The translations under genes and the position numbers were made by a program. Below, piece by piece: positions 13,021 through 22,987 of a stretch of DNA of 64,000 nucleotides. Each line of letters starts with the position of its first letter. The first letter of the stretch is position 1. Location: assembly GCA_963749495.1 (NCBI GenBank), contig CAVVMW010000008.1, positions 96,001 to 160,000 on the forward strand, written 5' to 3'. Source of the stretch: an uncultured bacterium (lineage in GTDB: Bacteria; Verrucomicrobiota; Verrucomicrobiia; Limisphaerales; UBA8199). Under the pieces are notes generated by a model. That model saw only the letters and a list, made by a program, of their open reading frames with translations. It was not told where the DNA came from and searched no databases.

Positions 13021-13065
13021 TGCTTCGATGCCGTTGACCGAGGCCGAACGGACCTTTGCCAACAT
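13021..13065 (-). pseudogene. comM: 5' stub (15 codons) of comM/yifB-family Mg-chelatase-like ATPase
   Basis: MLAKVRSASVNGIEA matches the characteristic YifB/ComM N-terminus (MLAKVxSAxxxGIEAYxVxVEV). Homology stops 4 nt before the ATG of the next gene. Confidence 0.7.
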
Positions 13066-13533
13066 GGGAGAAGTTATGTCTCACCCGGCGTTGGAGCACA
13101 ACCACGAATCGCGCCAGTCACCCATCCAGAAACCCGGCTTCCCTCGAGCCCGCGCGGTTGTCGCAGAATCATTGCGGGGCGCCCTGGCAGGGCGAAGCCA
13201 CTGGGGATGGTCCGCGCCCATGGCCTCCAAGACGGAATCGATGGGTGCTGGCGGAGACACTCCGCATCGACCACCCCAATTCACGGTTCACCAGAGGCTT
13301 TTACCCTGTCCCACAAGCGGCGGCCCACAACAGTAGCGACGGCGGCCGCTAGTGGACCCAAAGACCCAAAATCCCACTCGCGGAAGCGGCTGGTTCTTGT
13401 CAGACTCGCCCCCGCGTGTAGCGTCAACCGAACATCGTACGTGCCGGGCACTCACGTGGCCGCCGGGAGCACCGTGGTTCTCCGGTTCGACGTGGGTGCC
13501 CAATGCACGAGAACAACGACAAGAGTCTGTGCC

Positions 13534-16500
13534 ATGAGCGGCCATAGTGCGAGAATCGGGTTCCATTTTCAGGACCTCTACCTGCTTTTTCGCGTTTTAC
13601 GCGATGCGAGCGACTCACTGGAGCACGCCTGGCAGGCGGCGGGCCTAGATGTCCTTCAGATCCTCGACAACAAAGGCGTGCGTTACGGAATTGAGGCCTC
13701 CCCCCGCGGGCCCAACGCAGTCTGTGGCGGGGAGGAAAGCGGGACGGATTGGGACGTGCTGGTGCTGGCGGAGAATAAGTTGGAATTTGCCGAGGTAAAG
13801 TCGGGGGCCATTTCGAAGACCGACCGCGAGGCCTTGTGGCGTCGTCTGCGGAGGGAGCTGGTGAACGCTCCGCGCGACCCGACTTCCATAGTTCCGGTGC
13901 TTGTAGTCGACCCCGAGACTGCGGGTAGCTTGAGCAAGTGGCGGGAACTAGCTGGCCTCGCCTCCCAGGGATCCGGGCCAGTGCCTTCAACCCGACCGAG
14001 CGACGACGTGCGCACAGCCGCTCAGCTTTTGGGGGAGGCGCTGTGGTGTATGTGTGGCCCGGATACTTCCAGGAACATGGATGAGCCGCCAGTTCCCGTC
14101 ACCGCTGCGCGGTCGGCACTGAGCCGTTTTGAGTTGCGATGCTACGACCGCCAGCAACTCGACCTCGATGTCTCCCAAATGCGTGAACTCCTCTTCCCGG
14201 GGGGGCTTGCCGAAACTGAGCAGTCCTTACTGCTGGGGTGGCTCAGCCGGCGCGCCACGGCCCCGGCTCCCGGCAGGAGGCTCTTTACAGTCCGCGAGCT
14301 TCTGGCCGAGATCGGCATCCTCAAATATGCGGCCTCCCTGACAGCAGGCACACTCAAGGAGTGGCGCGATTTGTGGAATGAAGCTCCGCAAGGCGTCCGT
14401 GCGCGAACTCGGCTGGAATTGGGGGAGGCCGGGCAGTCGGTTCCCGCAGCGGAGGCTCAACCGGATGCGTTGGCCGCGCTGACCGGTGGGGAAAGCCGAT
14501 CGCTCGTCATTCTGGGGGCTGGTGGAGCGGGAAAGAGCACTCTCCTGGTGCAGGTGGCCGAGAAGGCACAGCAATCCGGCGAGGCCGAAGTCGTAATGCA
14601 CTGTGGCGCGGACGACGTTACAGTCGAGGAGTTGGAACGGCTGCTCAAAGCGTTCCGTTTTCGCGCCGCGCTGGCGGCAATCAAGAACCCGAGTCGTCGG
14701 GCGTGCCTTTTCGTGGATGGGCTTGACGAGGCAGACGCGCCCCTCAGGAAACGATGGGCCCAGCTTCTGCTTCGCCTCACCACCCTGCCAAATGTGTTCA
14801 TGGCCGTTTCGGTGCGGGATGCCGTTTGGAGGGGAGACGGCAAACTAAGAGATGCGCTCAAGGGTTGGACCCAGGTGACGCTTGCACTGTGGCCGGAGGA
14901 GGTCGTCCGAAAGCTGCTGAGCGGGACTGAATATTGCGATGCTTTGCCCCAAAGTGTGACCGATCTACTGCGAACCCCTATTATGCTGGATTTGTTCTGG
15001 CGCGCCTTCGTCGAGGGCCACCACCACGATGTTCTCATCAGCCTCCCGGCTGCACACCAAGCACGACCTGCTGTCGGCCTTCTGGGAACAGAGGCTGATC
15101 CATTCGCCCCGCCACGCCTCAGTCCCCAGCTGCACTCGCGGCTGACTGGCTTTTTGTCGCAAGCGGTTCGGCACATAGGCCCGTTTCCAGAGACAGGCCT
15201 GGACGTTGGGATCGTTCAGATCCTGCTGTCTGAGGGGATAATTGTCCGCGAAGGCCGCCTTCAGCCCCGTTTGCGATTTCGACACCCGTTACTTCGCGAG
15301 TTCGCTATTGGCCAGTGGTGCCTCGCGACCGACAACGATACCGAGGTCGCGTACCGATGGCATTCCATCCACGGCGGACTAAACTGCTACGGGGCCTTGC
15401 GTGCAGTCTCCGAGGCGCTTCTCGACAGGAACGCCGGCGCGGAACATCCTCATCTGGAGCTTGGGGGCGTGATCCGGTCGATCATTCAAACAGATTCGGC
15501 TCGGGCTAACCAAGTCGCGCAGGTGCTCGGAACGCATCCGCCCTCGGACGAGCTCGATCCAGCGGCATGGCCCGCGGAGGTCCAGTCGTCTCTCCCTCGC
15601 CAGTTTGGGCGCGATCTGCTCCTAGCAGCCAAACTGGAGCGGAACGGCTCATGGGCGGCACGGGTTGAGCGGTGGCCGGAAGAGGCACAATGGTTAGGTG
15701 ATGAGTGTGCGAAGGAGGTTTGGCGCTTTGCTTGCACCCTGGTCGAGGAACTTAAATTGCATCCAACCGATGGAGAGCTCGGCCAACAATGCCAGCGTAT
15801 TGGACGAACGCTGCGCAGGATTTCAGAAGTAGAGCGTTTCGCAGGTGAGTTTGGGCAATGCAACCGCTGGCTGAAGATGCAGGCCATTGTGCTTGTGGTG
15901 CCGCTGCTCCCTGACGAAGCCACCCTGGCTTGGGTAGAGAGAGAGATGGCGCAAGCGAGTTGGCGGACCCGGTCTTCTGTGCTGGAGGTGCTGATACATC
16001 TCGTGCCGGTGAACGCGGAGCGGGCTGCCGCAGTCTATAGGTCGGCTGTTGGCCTGCTGGAGTCAAGCGGTCGCCACATCCTCGCCGCCCCGCTACGCGG
16101 GGGCATTATCGATCACCAAGTCATCGAGTGGTCGCTCGCGGGAGAGGGAGGGAGGCACAGTCTGCTCAAGGAACGTCCGAAGGCATTCCTCCCGGTGGCC
16201 CTGGAACTGGCCGAAGCCCTATGGCACAGCCAGCAGGAGCAGAGGGGGAGCAGGCCTAGCGGCATGTGGAAGGTCATTAGGCGGTTCGGCCCGTCCTGGT
16301 CGGCAGAAGCGCAGGCCGAGCGCGAGCGCCAGAGTCAGGAGCGACTGGGCGGCTTGGTTGACGACGTACCCCGGTGGACCTACTGGCAGGGATGGCCAGG
16401 CCATGATGCTCGCGAGCGATGCCTCAGAGCCATTCACGAGTGCGTAAAGGAATGCGCCAGGGGCCCGGAGCGGGAGTTCGCTCTAGCGATCTTCACCATT

Positions 16501-18406
16501 CTACGGGGCTCACCGCTTGCCTCGATTCACTCGATTCTCCTTGATGTGCTGCTGGAGCAAGGGGAAAAGCCCTGGGCTCTCGATTGCATTCTGACCTGCA
16601 TCGCGGATAGCCGTCTCTTCCATGTGCCGGGCATAGAGGTACTGGCTGGAGCAGGGCCTCGTCGCTTGTTGGCCTCTCGCCCGACCAGAACTCCGGTGTC
16701 AGGTCCTGGCCATCATAAGGGGCCTCCTGGCCACGCCGGGCGAGGAACACTTCGGAGAAAATCTCCTTCTGAGGATTCCAGCCGGCAATCTCCCGGGCAA
16801 CCTGCTCGCCCGCCGCCCGGCTGAAGGTGATCCTTCCCACCAGCCCTACGGACGGCCGCAGCGCGGCGGCGTAATCGAACTCAAGGGCGTTCCGATTGAT
16901 GAAGACGACGCACGCTGGATCGGCGCGTGGCCCGAGGGGATCGACCGCGAGATAGTGAAGCAGTTTTTCCGAGCCACAAAAGGGCTATCGCGCCAGAGTT
17001 CCTCCGCCGATGAGTTGGCCCTCCACGTGCCCTTGGCGATTCAGGCGGCACTTTCACTTGTACCAGTCCTGCGAAGGGACGTGGATTTGCTGCGCGAACA
17101 AGGTCGCAGGTGGGTGTGGGGGCGCCTTGCGGAGGTGCTGGATTGCTTCAGGGAACTTCAAGGAGACAAGGGGGCGCCCCCCACGGAGTTGATCCTGGGT
17201 TGTGCTGAACTTGCCCTTGCGTTCTTGAAGAATGTCCCCTCCGAACTGCCTGGCCAGTTGCCGAAGGACGGCCTTTGGACCAATTGCCCCGAAACGGAGT
17301 GGGTGGGCGCCCTTCGCCTCGCCGATGCCGCGCTGACTTGGCCGCCAGTCGTGGACGATCAAAACGTGCAGGCTGAGTTCTCGAGGGCATTGGAGGCAGC
17401 GTTCGCCTCTGGAAACCCTCTGATCCAGTTCGTGTCCGCCACCACTGTCCGCCCTTGGCACTGGCTGCGAGACCCGGACCGCAAGCGGCTTCATCATCGG
17501 TTGGTCTGGAACACGCCAAAGCACGCGGCCGTTCTCACCTGGTCACTTTCAACAGTCTCCGGCTATTCGGACGCCGACCGCACCGCAGTTTTCAGATTCC
17601 TCTTGAGTCGGGACGACGTAGAGGACTCGGAGCAACTCACCGGCAGCCTGGGGTACCACGTGGGAGCTTGGAGTATGGTGGTGTTTGCCAGTGGCGCGCG
17701 GTCCGCGGCCGCGGACTTGGCCCGCGATGTGATCGAGAGCCCGGAGATCTTCGCGCTGCTGCGGCAGAGCAGTAATCGCCAACTATTCCTGCGAGAATTG
17801 GTCTCTGGCATGGAGGACTCGGCCAAGCAGAGGTGGAGCAATACGGAACTCGCCGCGGACTACGCAGATTTCGCGCTTAGGGCATGGAGGCTGCTCCGTC
17901 CGCATGGCTCTCTAGACAAGACCAGTGAGGACGTCGTTCTTTTTGCGCTGTCTTGGCTCGGGACCAAAGAACGCCAAGAGCGGGACGCGAGCAAGCTGAG
18001 GCTTTGGTGGCAGCATCTTCTTCCCCTGGTTAGGGCTGTGGCGGCCGAAGGGGGGAAACACGATTGCTTTACCCTCTTCTTCAGCCTTCGCGAAGGCGGA
18101 TACAACGACCTCGCCGCGCCTCAGGAGTTCCTCCGCTTGGGTATGGAGTTCACGCAGCGGATCCAGACGGGCCTGCGTGACGGGAGCATGAGGCTGGACG
18201 ACGTCGATCGGGCACACGAGGAATGGCATTCGTGGGGCGAAAGTATCGAGGACCTCGCCGAGATGATTGACTCCCTCCGCCGGGATGGAAGCCTTCGCTC
18301 CGATCTGCAGCGCGAGCAGGCGGACGGGCTCCTCTCGGCGCTGGCAGCGGAGCCAATCCGGTCCTCAAAGGCTCTCGAAGTGCTTCATCGGCTTCGAAAC
18401 GAGTAG
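13534..18406 (+). CDS. Avs-like antiviral STAND protein: N-terminal PD-(D/E)xK (Cap4-like) nuclease, NACHT-like NTPase, long helical C-terminal region; ~1620 aa after frameshift repair
   Basis: MSGHSARIGFHFQD..GIE..DWDVLV..LEFAEVKS; Walker A GAGGAGKST (14515-14541); Walker B LFVDGLDE; SVR sensor; LLRTPIML; LRFRHPLLREF (winged-helix motif). An extra G at 16638-16639 separates the ORFs: the frame from TAC 16640 is open to 18406. Probable compensating indel pair at ~15040-15130. Confidence 0.8.
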
Positions 18407-18621
18407 CTCGGCGTACGACCATGAGCGTCGGTTGCCCTGGGGCTTTGGACGGCGCTATACGGACCGTCGAGGGTTTCGCTTCCGATCGTTGTTCCGGGAT
18501 CCGTGGTACTTTGCCGGCCACGCCGCCCAGCCACCGCGACACGGACAAGTTGGCGGACCAGCGGGCCCGCTTGTTTGTCCGGGGAGAATCCCGTTGGGAG
18601 ATTGAGTTCGTCCGACCATGA
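18407..18621 (+). pseudogene. Possible 3' remnant of a gene directly after the STAND gene
   Basis: Protein-like reading YDHERRLPWGFGRRY...FRDPWYF then ..DKLADQRARLFVRGESRWEIEFVRP*; family not recognised. Confidence 0.25.
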
Positions 18622-18643
18622 AGCGCCAAGCACGCAAGAGAGG

Positions 18644-20657
18644 CTAATAGCTCTTCTGGATGAAGCCGTAGTATCGCCCCATCCAGTAAGCGTGGAGAAA
18701 ATCTGCGGAGCCGGTCTCATTTTCGCGCCACAACTTCAGCTCGGTCCAGCTTTCGCCATTAGCGCTCAGGTAACAACCGCCAGGACCGCTGGCAACGAGG
18801 CCGCGTGCCGTGACAAAGAAGGAAGCCGCGCGCGGAATGCGCCATCCCTTCATGCTTGGCGTGCCCGTCTGACCACGGTCACGGCTGATCTCCAACTGTC
18901 CATCGCCAGTAATGCGGCAGGAGAGGTTGTCCGAAACAGGGGACCATTGCGTGAAATCAAAAACCTGGAATTTTACCGATTCGCTCTCGGGAGCCGGGCG
19001 CCAACTCAAGCCGCCGTCCCGGCTCAGAAAGGTGCCCTGGCCGGTCTTGGCGTGGAGCACGAAGGTGCGTTTGTCGGAGGCGACAATGCTCTGCACTCGC
19101 GCACCCCGCAATCCCGCGCTCACATCCTGCCAGGTTTTCCCGCCGTCCAGGGTCCGGCACACCGCACCAGTGCTGTCACAAAACCAGCCCACCAGGGGAT
19201 CATCGCAGGCGAATTGGATCATCGTGACCGTCGGCCTCGAGCCAATTGTCCATTTGGTAGGGGTTGCCCTTCCACGCGTATTCGTTGTCGAGCGGTCGCT
19301 CATTGATGGGAATAGGCCGGGCGCTCAACGGTTCGCGCCGTGCAAAAGGATTGCGTTCGAGGTCAGTGCGCAGCGAGTTCATCACCGGCCGCATCACGCG
19401 ATCAACGGGATACAGGCGCAACGTCAACAAGGCCATGGCCTTCGCCTCTTCCACGTGGGGGATCGCTCGCGGCTCGGGCGCCGCGCCCCCTGGGTTTACG
19501 GGCGCCCGATATTCGGGAAGCAAAGCGCAAGTCATCCAAGTGAAAAGCGAATTACCCTCCATCCAATTCATCTCCCACAACTCCTCGACCCACTTCCGGT
19601 AGATGGGCAGCAACTCGGAGCTCTGTTCGTAGCGTATCAGGTTGTACAAGGCCTCGTAGGCCTGGCCCTCGCTGCTGTGATTCACCCGTGCCAACCGTTC
19701 CAGGCTGAACGGACCCGAGTCGCGGATCCGATCCGGGTTGTCCTTGAACCGGACGATGACCTGCTGGTAAAGGTCCAGGTAGCGCGCCTTTCCCGTGATG
19801 TGGTGGGCAATCAGCAGGTCCGGCAGCAGCATCAGCGAGGCGCGCAGAGGAGGCCGCCAGGTCTCATTCGTGGTGCCAGTCCGGTTGAATCTGGCCGCAT
19901 AGACCTTTCGGTAGTAGTCGTCCCGCGCGGGGTCCGGATCGATGCCCACGTGACCCCATAGGGTAACCTCGCCATCCACGTCGATGATCCGGCAATGATT
20001 GTCCACCAGGTGCGTCATCAGGGCGTCCACTTCCTGGGCAATGGACCGGCGTTGCTCTTTATCCGCGGCGAGATCGTAGTAGATCGCGTAGCCGTAAAGC
20101 ACCGCGTTGAAGTTGTCCACACTGACATCACCGTGCCAGCGATAATCCGAGAATTTGCCCTGGCCCTGGTGCCACTCGGGTGAATCCTGGCCGTTGCGCT
20201 CCCAATCCTCGACCGGACCGTGCCCTTTGACATAGCCGCGCGCGAGCAATCCCGGCTTGCCGGTGACTTCCCGCAGAATCCTGAGAGCCCGTAGAATCTC
20301 CCCACCGTGGCGCCGCACCCAGGGGTCCTTCGTCACCGCGTACTGGTAGCCCACGCCCGCAAGGTAACGGCCGGTCCATACGCCCGCATGAATGACATTG
20401 CCGGGCTGGTCAACCGTATGCGGCGACGGTGTTCCTGGCGGAGCGGCGGGCACGATGCTTACGTAGAGGCCGTCCAGCCAGTGCTTGTCGATGAGATCGC
20501 GCTGCAGGTATGCCGCCTTGTCGTGCAACGGACTGGAATCAGTCGCCATCGCTGATCCCGCCGATGACGCCAGGGGTGAAACGATGACAAACAGCCCGGC
20601 GACGACAAAACAAGGGAGCGGCAAGTGCATTGACCTCTGGAGCGCGTTCATGGTCAT
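18644..20657 (-). CDS. Secreted six-hairpin glycosidase-like hypothetical protein with Asp-box (BNR) repeats near the C-terminus (frameshift near 19235)
   Basis: WTGRYLAG, VTGKPGLLARG, WHGDVSVD, WKGNPY; Asp boxes RTLDGGKTW, LSRDGGLSW, ISRDRGQT, LSANGESW; terminal DFLHAYWMGRYYGFI. Confidence 0.65.
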
Positions 20658-20768
20658 GAAGCTTGCTCCGGCGGGCGTTGAGGAGTCAAGGGGACTCAAT
20701 ACCGATCTCGCCTGATTCCGGCATCGCTGGCAATCCAGCCGCAGCGGGACAACCCCGAAGTCCGCCGT

Positions 20769-20871
20769 GATTGTCCAAGACAAAAGGCCGCGCCGCTTGC
20801 ATAATTCGCCCATGACGTTCGGCAGAAGATTAAGGCTGATGGCATCGGGCTGGACCACGTTCCGCATCCTG
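20769..20871 (+). repeat. Diverged copy of the promoter plus first 20 codons of the gene at 30928 (copy 1, stub)
   Basis: gattgtccaagacaaaaggccgcgccgcttgcataattcgcccatga versus gaatgtccgagacaaaaggctgcaccgcctgcataattcgcacatga (30885 onward): 6 mismatches in 47 nt. Peptides align without gaps (WTTFRIL / WTLFRVL at codons 14-20). Confidence 0.85.
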
Positions 20872-20962
20872 CCCCCCCCCTCACCGTGACTGCCGGCACG
20901 GCGATGTCGCAACCCGCGCCGGTTTCAGCCCCATATCCGCCCAGCCGTCCATCCGTCGTCAC

Positions 20963-22696
20963 ATGAACACAAACCACACTATGAAATCGAGATACTCTGT
21001 ATTCCTGGCGGTTGGCCTGCTGGTGGCCTGTGGTGCGAGTTCAGTCCGCGCGGCCGCTGGCGGGCCTGACTTTGGTCCGCATGTCCTCATCTTCGATCCG
21101 GCGATGACGAACATCCAGGACCGGATAGACGCTATCTTCAACCAGCAGGAGCGCAGCCAACTCGGCAGCAACCGCTACGCCTATTTGTTCAAGCCGGGGA
21201 AATACAACCTGGATGTGCAGGTCGGCTTTTACATGCAGGTGCTTGGGTTGGGCAGGTCTCCCGACGATGTGGAGATAACCGGAGCGGTCCGTTCCAAGGC
21301 GCGCTGGATGGCCAACCACAACGCTACCTGCAATTTCTGGCGGTCGGTGGAGAACCTCTCGCTCATCCCTACACTGGACAGCAACGTCAACGTTTGGGCC
21401 GTCTCGCAGGCCACAGCGATGCGACGCGTCCACGTCAAAGGCGCCTTGAATCTGTGGGATGGCGGCTGGTCCAGCGGCGGGTTCCTTGCCGACAGCCGGA
21501 TCGACGGCGAGGTGAACTCGGGCTCGCAGCAGCAGTGGTTGTCCCGAAATACCGACTGGGGCGGTTGGAAGGGGGCGAACTGGAACATGGTGTTTGTCGG
21601 CGTGGCCCATCCGCCCGGCGGGCAGTGGCCAAATCCGCCCTACACCATCATCGAGAAGACGCCGGTGATTCGGGAGAAACCGTATCTGTGTGTGGACGGG
21701 AACGGGAATTACGAGGTGATGGTTCCCGACCTGGCCACGAACGGCACGGCCGGCACGACCTGGCCCACCGCGCCTAAACGGGGCACGTCGGTCCCCATTG
21801 AGCGATTCCACCTGGCCAAGCCGGAAACCGACAACTCGGCCAGCCTCAACGCCGCCTTGAGCCAGGGCAAGCATCTCCTGCTGACACCGGGCATCTATCG
21901 TCTGCAAAGCCCCATCCGGGTAACGCATCCAGGCACTATCGTCCTCGGTTTGGGCTATCCTACCCTGCAACCGACCAACGGCACTTCCGCTCTGGTGGTG
22001 GATGACCTGGACGGGGTCAAGATGGGTGGCCTACTGGTCGAGGCCGGGGACGTCAGCTCACCGACGCTCGTGCAGATCGGCGAAGCCGGCGCACGAGTGT
22101 CTCATGCGGCGGACCCCGTCTTTCTTTGGGACCTCTGCTGCCGGGCGGGCGGCGCGCAGGCCGGCAAGGCGGACTGCCTGCTCGCGATTGACAGCCGCAA
22201 CACCGTCGGGGACAATTTCTGGCTCTGGCGCGCGGATCACGGGCGCGGCGTCGGCTGGAATTCCAACGTCAACAAGAACGGGCTGATCGTCAACGGCAAC
22301 AACGTCACGATCTACGGTTTGTTCGTGGAGCACACGCAAGAGTATCAGACGCTTTGGAACGCCAACGGCGGGAGGGTCTATTTCTACCAATCCGAGCTGC
22401 CCTACGATCCTCCCAGCCAAGAGGCCTGGAAGCATGGTGAAGTCAACGGTTACGCCTCCTACAAGGTGGCCGACGCGGTGACCACCCACGAAGCCTGGGG
22501 CCTCGGCGTTTACTGTGTGTTCCATGCCGCCCCGGTGGTCGCCGAAAACGCCTTTGAAACGCCCCTTGCTCCCGGAGTGAAGCTGCATCACCTGGTGACC
22601 ATCCGGCTGGGAGGTCAGCGCAACAGCGGGATGAGTCACGTCATGAACGGCCAGGGCGCGGCCGTGATCACCAACCGGAAGGCGATTGTGGACTGA
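20963..22696 (+). CDS. Bacterial GH55 exo-beta-1,3-glucanase (laminarinase)-like protein, secreted
   Basis: PDFGPHVLIFDP, RYAYLFKPG.Y, VGFYMQVLGLG.SPDDV, NATCNFWRSVENL, WAVSQA, SGSQQQW, WLWRADHG, FYQSELPYDPP (catalytic Glu region). Confidence 0.85.
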   Translation: MNTNHTMKSRYSVFLAVGLLVACGASSVRAAAGGPDFGPHVLIFDPAMTNIQDRIDAIFNQQERSQLGSNRYAYLFKPGKYNLDVQVGFYMQVLGLGRSPDDVEITGAVRSKARWMANHNATCNFWRSVENLSLIPTLDSNVNVWAVSQATAMRRVHVKGALNLWDGGWSSGGFLADSRIDGEVNSGSQQQWLSRNTDWGGWKGANWNMVFVGVAHPPGGQWPNPPYTIIEKTPVIREKPYLCVDGNGNYEVMVPDLATNGTAGTTWPTAPKRGTSVPIERFHLAKPETDNSASLNAALSQGKHLLLTPGIYRLQSPIRVTHPGTIVLGLGYPTLQPTNGTSALVVDDLDGVKMGGLLVEAGDVSSPTLVQIGEAGARVSHAADPVFLWDLCCRAGGAQAGKADCLLAIDSRNTVGDNFWLWRADHGRGVGWNSNVNKNGLIVNGNNVTIYGLFVEHTQEYQTLWNANGGRVYFYQSELPYDPPSQEAWKHGEVNGYASYKVADAVTTHEAWGLGVYCVFHAAPVVAENAFETPLAPGVKLHHLVTIRLGGQRNSGMSHVMNGQGAAVITNRKAIVD

Positions 22697-22711
22697 TTCG
22701 AGGAGGAGCCG

Positions 22712-22959
22712 ATGAACCTCAGGGCCATTATCTTGATGACCGCGGCGGGGCTGGGCCTTTTGGAACTTTCCGGTGAAGCCCAAGTCTATAATCTGCATTG
22801 GGTTACCGGCAACCAGCCCGATTACACTGATTTCGGTTCATTTGCACACCGATCGAGGGCAAAGGCCTGGGGCTTTCGGAGCTGCAGGTGTATGACACGG
22901 TGAACGTGGCGCCCTGGCCGGCTGACATTTGGCTCCCGGACGTCGATTCCGGTAAGTAA
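22712..22959 (+). pseudogene. Internally deleted secreted-protein gene: signal peptide/N-terminus joined out of frame to a discoidin-like C-terminus
   Basis: Strong SD (GAGGAGGAG); MNLRAIILMTAAGLGLL..AQVYNLHWVTGNQPDYTDFGSF, then in another frame TPIEGKGLGLSELQVYDTVNVAPWPADIWLPDVDSGK*; junction ~22845. Confidence 0.6.
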
Positions 22960-22987
22960 CCCAATGAGTCAATCTTCGGGACTTTGA

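Noticed and set aside
12853..13533. N-terminal 227 aa of the 1323-aa ORF in the track
   Set aside because: Overlaps the opposite-strand isomerase gene and comM stub and is not protein-like; the nuclease motif begins at ATG 13534.
16630..16645. Programmed ribosomal frameshift in the STAND gene
   Set aside because: No slippery heptamer, and similar single-base indels occur throughout the window.
20872..20880. C9 tract as a phase-variation switch
   Set aside because: Lies in a truncated stub with no downstream coding frame to restore; length is unreliable in error-prone data.
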